Origin: Lingula anatina
Taxonomy: Eukaryota > Animalia > Brachiopoda
NCBI GenBank assembly: GCA_051362555.1
Contig: CM120645.1
Coordinates: 8,990,001 to 9,054,000, forward strand
Direction: 5' to 3'
Length of the DNA stretch: 64,000 nt
Shown here: positions 1 to 12,425 of the stretch, piece by piece
Layout of the letters: the number at the start of each line of letters is the position of its first letter
How positions within the stretch are numbered: the stretch's first letter is position 1
Translations under genes and position numbers: made by a program
Notes under the pieces: generated by a model
Told to the model about the DNA's origin: nothing
Databases searched by the model: none
The model's input: the letters and a program-made list of their open reading frames with translations, nothing else

Positions 1-399
1 GTTGACATAAGCAGTGGAATGCATAAAGGGGCCCATTTCAAGTTAGGTGGTGAAATTTGACGCTATTCTGAGCCAGTCCTCGGTTATGCTGTATAGCGCG
101 GGCCAAATTCCCGCCACGAGTGTATCAGAAATACTGTCCAACTTTTTGTATGAAAATGGGCTATACACACGCGTCCTCGGTTGTGCTGTAAAGGGCGGAC
201 CAAATTCCGCGTCCTCGGTTGTGCTGTAAAGGGCAGACTAAACTGAAACTAATGTTATATCTCAGATGTCTATATATTCAGTAAGTTCATATTTTTAAAC
301 TAAAGGGCTTTTTTATCAAATTAAGCTCTCCTAGGCCGTTACGTAACTACATAACTATCATCGCACTGTACATATTACGGCACGCTTCTTTATTAGTAC

Positions 400-1438
400 T
401 ACCATGGCCCATAGGAGCCTACGCGTGCGTCTTTTAGACGCCCCTTTACATGCGAAAACGACAAGGCCTATGCCGAGTTCGTCTTTTACTACAGAGCTTC
501 GAGAGCCGAAAATGACATGGCTGTGTCTCTTTCGCCACTTACTGAACTCCACAGTTGCGAGATTGACACGACCCATGTCGCGTTCGTCTCTCAAATGACA
601 CTGTTATAAAACATGAAATAGGCATAACGTGTGATTTTCGCAGCTGAATAAGTAGACCCTTATAAACGAAGTTGACGTAACTTGAGAGTCATGTCGCTTT
701 CAACTCTTACAAACCTCCAACAAAATCTATCTCCACACAGACGCACGCGACATGTACTATTGGACATGGGTCAGTTGAAACCCTATTAACCTAAAGGGCT
801 CATGTTACTTTCTGCCAACTCTTATATGTCAAATCCAATTAATTTGAAACAGTGTTGTGCTGTCCCAAAACATTTTTTTCATTTGAATCCCATCAAAATT
901 TAGTGCTATCTAGATAACAGTGTGGCTAATTGCTTGTAATAATTATATGGCCTCATATTTTTATTTTCAAGGATTCAAATATAAAGGGTTTTAAGACGGT
1001 CCTTCTGTTTCAAATTAATTAGCTGAAAGTAACATGAGCCATTTAGGTTAATGTCGCTTTCAACTGACCCATGTCCAATAGTACATGTCGCGCGCGTCTG
1101 TGTGGAGATAGATTTTGTTGGAGGTTTGTAAAAGTTGAAAGCGACATGACTCTAAGGTCACGTCAACTTCGTTTATAAGGGTCTACTTATTCAGCTGCGA
1201 AAATCACACGTAATGCCTATTTCATGTTGTATAACAGTGTCTTTTGAGAGACAAACACGACATGGGTCGTGTTAATCTCGCATCTCTGGAGTTCAGTAAG
1301 TGGCGAAAGAGACACAGCCATGCCATTTTCGGCTCTCAAAGCTCTGTAATAAAAGACGAACTCGGCATAGGCCTTGTCGTTTTCGCATGTAAAGGGGCAT
1401 CTAAAAGACGCACGCGTAGGCTCCTATGGGCCATGGTA
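400..1438. mobile_element. Non-autonomous foldback/MITE-type DNA transposon with ~410-bp terminal inverted repeats
   Basis: 400-~815 is the near-perfect reverse complement of ~1022-1438 (TACCATGGCCCATAGGAGCC... / ...GGCTCCTATGGGCCATGGTA). ORFs 358..594(-) and 1244..1441(+) are mirror translations. AT-rich ~200-bp spacer; TA at both ends; no transposase. Confidence 0.85.
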
Positions 1439-1570
1439 TAGTACAACTGACTTGGAGTGGTTTAAATAAAGAAGAACTGTCTGAATTTGTGGCTCACTCG
1501 GTAGATCTTAGGACCGACAATCTTTTGAGGGTGCAAGAATTAAATGAAAAGGGTAAATGGATCGTCCGTA

Positions 1571-1783
1571 AACCCCCTTTACACTGGGGCGGCGTCCTTT
1601 GTGCGACCAAGAAACTGGCATCACTGTGGTCGTAGAAAGGAGGTACAAGCATTGCTTTGGTTGAAAAAAATGAATATTTGGTGATTGGCCAGTTGTCAGA
1701 AAGTTAAGTATTATAATTTTGTACTCTCAAATGGATCTGTACTACAGGACGCAGAAAGGACGCCGTCCAGTGTAAAGGGCCCC
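1571..1783. mobile_element. MITE family 1 (PIF/Harbinger-Tourist-like), copy 1
   Basis: Termini CCC(C)TTTACACTGG..GGCGTCCTTT / AAAGGACGCCGTCCAGTGTAAAGGG, flanked by TAA/TTA. A homologous copy in opposite orientation lies at 59611-59833. Confidence 0.75.
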
Positions 1784-2269
1784 TTAGCTAACTATGAATT
1801 AATCTACCCCTGACAGTTTGAAGAAGGCTATGACATTATGAAACATTTATTATTACATAATGGCTCTGCGAACTACAGTCACTTCTTTTCACCTGTAGAT
1901 CTGACCTGTTTGTTATACACCTGGCTGCTAGAATAAATACTAAATCTAACAACTGAAGTGAAATTATATTTTGAATGGGCCCCTGTCGGTCCATGTCGCT
2001 AACACAGAGCACACATATTCATAAACACCGCATTTGCAAGAACCGCTGTGAAATAAAAAAAGAAAAAAAAAGACGCCCCGACAATTACGCGTCCTGATAT
2101 ATAGGCCTACAGTTTGGATATGCACACGGCAAAAACGATTAAGGGACCGTTCCCAGATCCTATCGTACTAACTATGGATCGATCTCTCCCAGAAGGAATG
2201 CTATATAAATTGCAATCAACGTAATCAGTGTGATCTGGCCAATTTTACAAAGTTGCTGTTTTTCCCTTT

Positions 2270-4330
2270 TCTCAGCATAATATTATATGCGATGCAACAT
2301 TTTAAAGAGAACCGATAGGTCTATTTTCATGAAACTCACAGAACTAATGAATATTAGTTAAACGCAGGTCAAGTTTGAAAATCTTCATAATGGGCTGCTT
2401 TTTTTTTCAGAAAATTTGCTGTTGTTTTTGCTTTTTTCAGCATACATGCAACACTGTAAACACAGTTCAAGGAGAAGCAATAGGTCTATTGTCATGAAAC
2501 TCACAGAACTGATGATTATTAGTAAAAGGGTTGTCAAGATCAAAAATCGGCATATCCGGGCCATTTTTTGTCAAAAGTTATGCTGTTTTTTTTCTGCCAT
2601 TTTCAGCATTTAAGTAACACTGTAAGCACATTTCAGGGAGAACCGATAGGCCTGTTGTCATTAAACTCACAGGAGTGATCAATGTTACCAATATACAAAT
2701 CAAGTTTGAAAATAGGATTGATTGGTTGAGTTTTGTGGAAGTTGAGCCTTGTTTTGATATATATAAGTGGTTTTCCTCAGATTTGATTGTCAGGCATGTT
2801 GACAGTTTCGTTATTGAACTAACTAGATATGTAAATATGTTAGTGTTTCTCTGAAATTTTCTGCATCTTTACAACATTGCTAGTTGATTATATAAATATG
2901 ACAGTAAACATGTTATCATGTACTGTGTAATACAGTGTCTCAAAATGGAGGAAATGGGGTGATTATTTTCAAAAGTTTTGCATTTTTTTCTCCTTTTTTC
3001 AGTGTACATGCAACACTGTTAACATATTTCAAGGAGAACCAATAAGCCTGTTTTCATGAAACTCACAGAACTGATGATTATTAGTAAAAGAATGGTCAAG
3101 ATTGAAAATCAGCAAGACCAGGCCCTTTTCTTTCAAATGTTATGCTGTTTTTTTTGTTTTTTGTTTTTTTTGTTTGTTTTTTTGTTTTTTTGTTTTTTTT
3201 TTTTTCAGCATATATGTAACACTGTAAGCACATTTCAGGGAGAACCAATAACTTAAAGCCTGTTTTCATGAAACTCACAGAACTGATGATTATTATTAAA
3301 AGCATATTAGTAACACTGTAAGCACATTTCAGGGAGAACCGATAGGCCTGTTGTCATTAAACTCACAAGAGTGATCAATGTTATCTATATACAAATCAAA
3401 TTTAAAAATAAGATTGATTGGTTGAGTTTTGAGGGACTTCAGCTTTTATTTGTATATAAGTGGTTTTCCTCAGATTTGATTGTCAGGCATGTTGACAGTT
3501 TCGTTATTGAACTAACTAGATATGTAAATATGTTAGTGTTTGTATGAAATTTTCTGCATCTTTACAACATTGCTAGTTGATTATATAAATATGACGGTAA
3601 ACATGTTATCATGTACTGTGTAATACAGTGTCTCAAAATGGAGGAAATGGGGTGATTATTTTCAAAAGTTTTGCATTTTTTTTCTCCTTTTTTCAGTGTA
3701 CATGCAACACTGTAAACACACTTCAAGGAGAACCAATAGGCCTGTTTTCATGATACTCACAGAACTGATGATTATTAGTAAAAGAATGGTCAAGATTGAA
3801 AATCAGCATGACCAGGCCCTTTTCTTTCAAATGTTATGCTGTTTTTTTTTAAGCATATAAGTAACACTGTAAGCACATTTCAGAAAGAAACCAATAACTT
3901 AAAGCCTGTTTTCATGAAACTCACAGAACTGATTATTATGAGTAAAAGAATGGTCAAGATTGAAAATCAGCATGACCAGGCCCTTTTCTTTCAAATTTTA
4001 TGCTGTTTTTTTTTTTTTTCAGCATATAAGTAACACTGTAAGCACATTTCAGGGAGAACCGATAGGCCTGTTGTCATTAAACTCACAAGAGTGATCAATG
4101 TTATCTATATACAAATCAAATTTAAAAATAAGATTGATTGGTTGAGTTTTGAGGGACTTCAGCTTTTATTTGTATATAAGTGGTTTTCCTCAGATTTGAT
4201 TGTCAGGCATGTAAACAGTCTCATTATTGAATTTACTAGATATGTAAAATGGGTTGTTTGACAATTTCTGCGTCTTGACAATATTGCTAGTTGATTATAT
4301 AAAAATGGTGGTAAACCTGTTATCTTGTAT
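2270..4330. repeat. Complex tandem repeat: ~0.7-kb higher-order unit built from shorter related subunits
   Basis: GTAACACTGTAAGCACATTTCAGGGAGAACCGATAGGCCTGTTGTCATTAAACTCAC recurs at ~2614, ~3310 and ~4030. The subunit ...TTTTCATGAAACTCACAGAACTGATGATTATTAGTAAAAG... recurs many times with variable poly-T tracts. Confidence 0.85.
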
Positions 4331-7300
4331 TGTGTAAAAAAAGTGCCAAAATGGAAATGAACTCGTATCATTGTAGTTTGTCAGATTCAATCATTCACAA
4401 TGTTCGGAATGGAGGAAATTGGACATTTAAACTTGTTATATTGATATTTTTGCCATCTCAACAATTTTCTTAGTTGATCATGTGAAATGGCAGTAAACTG
4501 TATTATTTTATGTAAAAAAAGTTAAAAATGGAAAGAAACCCATTTCAGTACAGTGCTCTCTTGTATACATTTAGCATTTTCAAAGTATGACTTTGGAGTT
4601 CTATGAACCTGAAAACCTTTGCTAGTCACATTTTCTGAATATTCATGATGCTAATATTTTATTATAAAAAATTGATGATCATTATGCTGTTAAGCATTAT
4701 ATAATATTGCATCAAATTGGAAGAAAGCACAATTTTGGGTGCTGCTGGCATGATGTCCTCAATTGTAAAATTGTGTACTGTGCAAGTCTGTATCCAATGG
4801 ACGACACTTTGTGTTATCAAAATATAAAATTCATGATAATAAAAGAGTGCTAAATAGAAAATAAGCATTATGAAAATAAAATGTTTGAAAACGAATTTCT
4901 TTGGTCTTTTATTTTATTTCATCAGTATCCTTTCTTTTCCTAAATTAATTGATGTTTTATCTCATAATCTTCAATTCTAAAAAAGTGGCAAAGCCCAGCA
5001 TTAAATATTGTATAACTGTTCATTTAATCATCACCTCTGGTGTTATTTTGGAATTTACCTTAAATATGAAAGAATTTCATAAAAATGTGAATTGCTGCAA
5101 AGTAACGCTATATAAAATTTGCTTTGCATTAAAAGTACAATCATTATTACATGTAGATGCATGCATGTCCTCGGTTGTAATGTGTAGTGTCTGTCCGTGT
5201 GTGTGTCCGTGTGTGTCCTCGGTTAGAATGTAAAATTCTTGTCAGCAAAAAATTAGTTTTTATAAAAAATTAATTTATAACATTCATACTCGAATAGATT
5301 TTACCCTAAATTGAATGTTTTTATTTTGATTTAACCAAGGAATAAGATGTCCTCGGTTGTATGGTGTTGTGCTGATGTCCTCGGTTGGTACACATAGACA
5401 AGTATGTGTGTGTGTGTGTGTGTGTACAAGGGTCAAATATGATTTTATTGTGAACATTTACGTGATCGATCTTACTTTAAATGAAGCACATGTTTGAGCT
5501 ATTTGTGTTTTCATGCTCTTTTTATTTATTTTTGTCTTTGCTCTTCTACAAGTGAACATTGATGTCACGGTATGGGTACACTGTTTCAAATCCATTCATT
5601 AAATTAAAAGATATATTCATTCATTAGTTAAAAAAGATAGATAGATAGATCTGCTCTAAATGGTTTTGATTTTTGGAATTAAGTAATTTTAAAAATGTTA
5701 CTTTAAAAAAAAGTCATACTCACAAAATCAAGGTCACTTAATTACCCTGGAAAATATTTACCAAATATATGTGCCAGATAAATCAATGTGTCAAAGTACT
5801 GAGGACGGTCCTGCTCCACACCCCAGTGTGAAGTGGCTTGTGACCAACACATTTACATATCGGGGGTCAACCGGGTACAAATCTCAATAAAAGAACAATA
5901 AGGATTTCCCAAGTATGATTGTGTATGATTTTGAAATATTAAAAATGCTACTTTTTTGCAATTTTTAAAAGACCAAAATTGTACTTATCACTATGATTAA
6001 TATAAGTAATTTTTATCAATTTAGTATACATACGGGGTAGGTGTTTGTAGCATTTTTATAAACCCCCTCTTTTCAGCTCATCTCAATCTATTTTAATAGA
6101 CCTCTTTTTACTTTCATTTATGTTTTTAAATTAATCTTAACTAATCTTATTTCCATACACTCATGTATTTATATATTTATTTATCTATTTATTTATTTTG
6201 TAAAGCACCAAGATGCCAGTGTCTAATACATAAACCTGGGATATAATACTGGAGTTGATATATATAAGAAAAGGAGGTTGACAGTTAACAAAGGAAGAAC
6301 ATTGTTATAGAATCATCTTTCCTCTATCAAAATGAACAATTACTTCACATCTGGTACACACATAAAACACAAATTTAAAATGTTCTGACCTACTTAAAGA
6401 TTTATGCATTACATGGATAACCAAATAATATATATTATGGGATACGGAAGAGCGACCAAATTGCTACAGACCAAATAAGGCGTCAACTGTACATCTTACT
6501 AACAAAGAAAAGCGTAATTTATCACCATTAGCAAAAATTCAAATAAGCATATTTCATCACGTAGCCATATTTTCATTCATGTATTCTTTACCTCGGTATT
6601 ATCGACACGTTGTGCTGATTTGAATATGAAACTGTGAGTAATGCCATGTTACCAGTAATTGGAAATTTGTTTCCGTGAGAGTTCAGGACATAATAACAAT
6701 GGCAGCAAATCAGTGGCTTATCTGGGGAAGGCAGGCGGGTGAGGGGGGGGGGGGGGGGGGGGTGAGAAGGGCAGCAGGCGCGTGACTGTCCCTTAGCACC
6801 CTCTTTAAACTAATAACTACTGTAGCGAAACGAGATAGAAAATATAACTTATTTTCCATCCTACATATCCTTCATAAAACGTTGTCCTTGACTAATGTTC
6901 TATGTTTTTAATAGTATAATCCACCCACCCTCCCCGTCCTATTAGCAAAAGCCGCCTATGAACATTGCTGAGTTATGTGACTATAATTGAACTTATAGCC
7001 TGACAGTACTGTGTCTACCTAAGTTATCTCTGCAGTGATTCGTTCTTTTTGGAAAAAGTGCACAACGGAAAAATATTTTTAAAAAACGTGGTTTTCCTTC
7101 TTTTGTGACATTGGTGGATGTATATATGCTGCCTGAAATTAAATAAAATTGTGCAAGGTGTTCAAAAAGGGAACCATTATTCTCAAATAGATTTAACATT
7201 TTTTTTTTCAGTATTTCATAGGATCAAGTCTGCATGGTAACATATTTAGTTTGTCAATTGATATAGTTACCTTTTATTTTCTAATTTTTAATTTTTCCAA

Positions 7301-10300
7301 CTACTTATATGTAGTCAAAACGAAAAAATTAAAAAATTAAAAATTAAACTGTTTACTGTCGGTATGGGATTTAGTTAAGACCAAAAATATATCACATTTA
7401 AATGTTTTACTACTTGATATCTTTTTAAAAGAATATTAAGCAGATAATTGTTTAGAGCACCACAAAAAGAAAAGCACTCTTGACAAATAAATAGATTAGT
7501 AAAAATGGCAAAACAATCAGGTGATCATTCATAATTTAATGTCTACAGGACAGCGTTTTTACAAGTAACATCCGGTTAAAATCAACACATAACTCCTTCT
7601 TTTCAGTTTGCGCTAAATGCATCGCACATAAATCAGGGACGTGTCATTGTCTTTACATCCCTGTATACATTTGAATATCGTTAAGACGTGACACACGGAG
7701 AGGTCTCTTTATAGGCTGAGAAGTTCTTCCCTTAGATCATGTAGCTACAGAATTCTTACATGTTGAAAGATAGGTTTTTATTCTTAAGAAAAGTATAAGC
7801 GTACCCGAACATTGGGCCTATACTTATAGTTTATATCAGGAAGATTGAATTGATCATTTTTTATGATGTATTAATTTATTTTTTTCTAATCCTAAGAAAG
7901 CTCTGAAAACAAGGTTATCACATGTTTCAAAATCTCAAAATTATATAAAAAACGTTCAACTAGGAAAAAAAACCCATAAATTTTGTAGCAAAAGATTATG
8001 TTTCCTTTTTAGGGAGCTCGGCATGCATTCCTATTTGTGAAAATGATAAACCTTTATAAATGCCCACATGAATAAATATTTTCTCGGATTTTATCTTTTC
8101 ATTTTCTTGTTCAGAAGTCTTCTTTCTTACTTTGCAGCTTTGTTACTTTGATTGATTTCATATTTTAATTTATTACGTAATTGTTAGACCAAAACAAATT
8201 CTCCTCAAACTACATATATACTGTCCCGCCCAGCGCCTTTTTTTTACAATTACAATATTTTCAGACCGACGAATAATCAATCGGACTTTAATAATTTTCA
8301 TACTGAGCAATATCACCTAAAACAAATCACAATTTCAAATCTCAACATTGTGTACAACATTGTGTAGGAATACAAAAAAGTTCCCGCCTAATTTTGAAAC
8401 CTATTTCATCAAGCAACCCTCTTTGTGAGCCAAATATTACCCATGCAGACCCATAATGTAACTATAATAAGTCAACTGCTCATATCTGCAATATGGCATT
8501 AATCAGCTAATGCCCTTCCAATTGTTAGCAACACCGCCACAACGAACGTATAAATCAAATATTAATTCTTGCACCCCGGTATTATCCTATGTTTTATAGG
8601 CGACCAGCCCATTAAACGCACTGGTTTGTACTCGATTGACACAGCGCTGAGAATTCCGGGCTAAACCACGTGTAACGCGCCGTATAAAGGGTGCATACAA
8701 ATCGAATTAGTTCAGATGACGGGTCACTGTTAAAGACTGCACCAAGCTACAGTGCATACTTCACTTGTTTCGGCGTTGGCGGGGGAGAAGGACGTGGCTG
8801 AGCCGGACCTTGAGTGGTGAAGGAGAGAGGGACGCGTCATGTATGAGAGAGGGGGAGATGGAGGATTTAGGGACTATTCACTTGACTGTTTTTAACTACG
8901 TGACCTTCAATCAGCTTCGTCAGCTATCAATGAATGGCGCAATCTTGATGACTGACTTAATAAAATAAACGCGTAAGGGACTAAGTCCTTAATATTGTCA
9001 CAGTGGTGAGAGTCGTTTTCTTTCACAAAACAGAAGAGTCTCCTCGAAGGATGGTACTAGGTTAGTGACCCATCTTGGAAAGATGCCACCTTTACCAGCT
9101 GGGGACATTGACTAGTTAAGGAATCGTCAGAAATACAGTGAAGTCTTTATTTGACATCAGCACCACGTGAAAGGACGACACCGGAGATAACAACCAGTGA
9201 TTGGTTAACTCTCGCCGACCGCTCACGCTGAACGGACTTGACCTTCGCCCCGTCGCTAGGTGCAGGAGAGCGACGTCTCTGTCCCTGGTGTCGTCATTAC
9301 GTTGTCCAGGCCAGGAAGTTACGTCATCAGTCCTGCCATCACTCAGCGTGAGTAGTTATGGCGAAAAAGGATAGAAACTACAGCCGACGCTATGGGGTGT
9401 ACGAAATCTTCACAATATCCCTTGAAATTACATGGTTACGTGACGGATGCATCTTTCTTCATGTGATTGCTAAACAAATGGAACAGTAAGTCATTCGTGA
9501 TTCAATTAAAGAAATAGCAGAGAAACACTATCTTTTAATTCATAAAAAAACTAAGTCTGTCTATGCGTCTGCACCCAATACCCCCTTTAATTGATAATAG
9601 CTGTCAGAGGGAATAACTTCCAATTTAATCCTTTAACATCTCAAATTATCCGTAGAATAAATTCGCGTGCGTTTCAAATGGCCTTTTCTGAAAGACTTAA
9701 GTGCTCAAATATGAAGTGCTGGGAATAAGGACATCGTTTTATAAGATGTATCTACATACTAACTCGGTTAAATTGGTTCTGTACCTATTCATGTCTTTCA
9801 TTTACACTCCGTGACTTACATTTATCAAGCGCGACGGTTGTACACTTCGTGAGTGAAAAACAAAGTTTCTGTACTGTGTGCGACAATCATAATCAGTCGT
9901 AAAAATATGCATGTCAGTAGAACGGCAAAATAACGCAGTTAAAATTGATTTTTTTTTCGGTATACATATACTTGATTCAGAAACATAAGAAAACAGCCAT
10001 TCCTCTTGGGATGGTTTGGTCCATATAATAACGTGACAGAATATCCCATGTGAAACAAAGCAATTCAATGCAAAACTGTAAGAATTTTGATACACGTGTC
10101 TATAGATAGAGGCCTAAGCGCCAGCCAGGGTCCAATTTTAAAGAGAGCTGTTAAAGCATCATGTTTTGATGAGTGCATATTGCTAATATAGACGACGGTT
10201 TAATTTGTGGTAATCTCTGTTAATTCTACGCCATTCATGCTTTTATAACTGATATGCGTGTGGACGCCGTCAGCTGAGAGATCTGTCAGAATAGTCACTC

Positions 10301-12393
10301 ACGCACATGTTAATGCCAGTGACAAGCTATTCATCCCACCATTCTGGTCAGCCGAGAGTGATCCTTGACCATTTTATCGATTGGTTTGACCAAAGTTCAT
10401 CGATAAACAATCAGCATCACGCGCAGATTAATTATATTACGCTAGATACTGCCCCTGTCAACACGTGTTGCTGACCCTCCGCTCCAAAACCTCGTTATTG
10501 ACAGGCGCTCTCCATAATTTTCCGCACTTAGCTTTACTGAAAGTGAGACCACACTGAAGATCTGGGGCGCGAAATGAATTATCATATTCGCTTATCATTG
10601 CGTATTTATCACCAGCATTTGTACAGATTGAACATTTGTATGTATATATGAATATCAGTGTAATGCAGTGTGCCAATATGACGCTTTTATATGAAGACAG
10701 GACGCAAGTGAGCTATAGGTGGCGAAATTCACGACTGCTTGCAATTTACATGTACTAATAGACGTCCACAGGTTCGTCGCAGCCCAAACAAGGTCCAGTG
10801 CAACAAGCCACTCATTCTGGCAAGTGGTACTGTCTTGTATTGTTCACAGATTACCAATCAGTGGTGAAGAGACTGTTGAAAAATACCAGGTTGTTGGTGT
10901 GTAGGTAAGTAGTAGAAATGTGTCATATAGGGGCCTGCATATGCCGCCCTGCTGCGGATGGGGGAGGGGGGTAGACAGACTGATGTTTGAGTGGAAGTAT
11001 TTGTCGGTTTAGTTCTCTGATTTTACAGAAAGCAGGCTGTGGCTATTTTCTTGTCTTAGGTAAGGGTCTTCATGACTCGTGTAGGATGTAATATAAGCAC
11101 CAACGTAAGTAAGGTTAAGACCCGTCATGCGGTTTCTTTCTATATCTGTCGCTTGGAAATCCAAGTACTCAGTAGCACCTACACGTACTAGTAATAGCGC
11201 AGTTGTGCCCATTTGGTACGTCATAAGATGCTATTACCTGGGCATTTAATAAACCTGTGAGTCCCTTTTTCTATTTTGGTTTTGACTTCATGAGGTTGAA
11301 GAAAAATACCCTTTTTGTGGTGGGAGATATTACATTTCATAAAATACCGGTATATTCTGCTGAGTCGCATGCATTTAAGTATATTGTATACTGCAATGTA
11401 GGTTAATTATTAGAGCACCAAGTTAAGGTGAGGCAGATAAAGTGATGTCGTGTCAATATTTGCTCGTATTGGCAACCGTGGAATGAAAACCAAACTACTC
11501 TCTTTTCTATAGCATCGATAAGGACCCGTGGAGTGGTCGCATCCAGTGGTTTTCGGGTTTACTTCTGTAGATAAAACTTTGACATCAACATCGCGGTGTA
11601 AGTTCAAGTGCACGTGGGTGGATGGGTCTCCTAAATAAACACTATGGCTATACTGACGTAGAACTGTAGAAGGTACCCATGCAGATTTCAAACGTGGTCT
11701 CTCTGATCTCAGCAGTGGGCCATCCATTCTCCAGGTACATGTAGCAGGTTTTGTCTTTAAGTCTCAGATGTACGGTTTTTCTTTTCTTCTTCTTTTTTGT
11801 GGACCAGTAAGGTGTGGTCACGTGTCAGATAACCAAATTACCCCGCAGGTGAATTCTTACTTGGAATGCACCAACTGCGGAAAAAAAAAACGTACCGCTA
11901 TGCGCCTTTCATTTCAACCTGTACAAGCAAATATGCCTTTTTAAATTTGTTCCAACTTGCGATAGGTAAGCTAGAAAAACGTGTCATTGTTGAAATAAAC
12001 AGCTATTTCAGGACTCACGTAGATCCGAATTTCAAACAGTTTGAACCATCCATAGCGGTTATATAATTCACGTGTAACGAGACTCACAGGCGGAACTTTA
12101 TTTTTGAAAACGATAAACAAACATTCAGTGTGACAGAAATACATTTCATAACGTCAGTCGGCTCCCGTGACACGTGATCTTCGTTGTTTGAGGTTTGAAC
12201 CTGCGTCACGTGAGGCCGCGGGATCCTCGACGACTAACTTACAGTGGCAAATCTTATACACACGCTTCTTCCATCTCTTTTTCAGTGTGTTACGTATTGT
12301 AAAAACGTGTGCATGTATGTTTGTTCTGTGCTGAGAAACGTGATCGCGCGCCCTGCATGTTTATATAAATATTCTTTGTGCACTTTGGGTTGC

Positions 12394-12425
12394 TATAAAT
12401 ACGGGAAGAAAAGTGTAGGATCAGT
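12394..12425 (+). promoter_or_regulatory. TATA box plus initiator of a putative pri-miR-315/host transcript
   Basis: TATAAAT at 12394 and TCAGT (Inr) at 12421, giving canonical ~29-nt spacing. Followed by a donor-like AAG|GTAAAC at 12518/12519. Five CACGTG E-boxes lie in 11611-12212. Confidence 0.55.

Noticed and set aside
2270-4330. Regularly recurring repeats that could be mistaken for a CRISPR array
   Set aside because: The intervening sequences are themselves repeated rather than unique spacers, there are no cas genes, and the context is eukaryotic.
12015-12034. CGTAGATCCGAATTT resembles part of miR-10/miR-100
   Set aside because: The 5' seed does not match and I see no complementary arm; a similar GTAGATCCGAA occurs by chance at ~56131.
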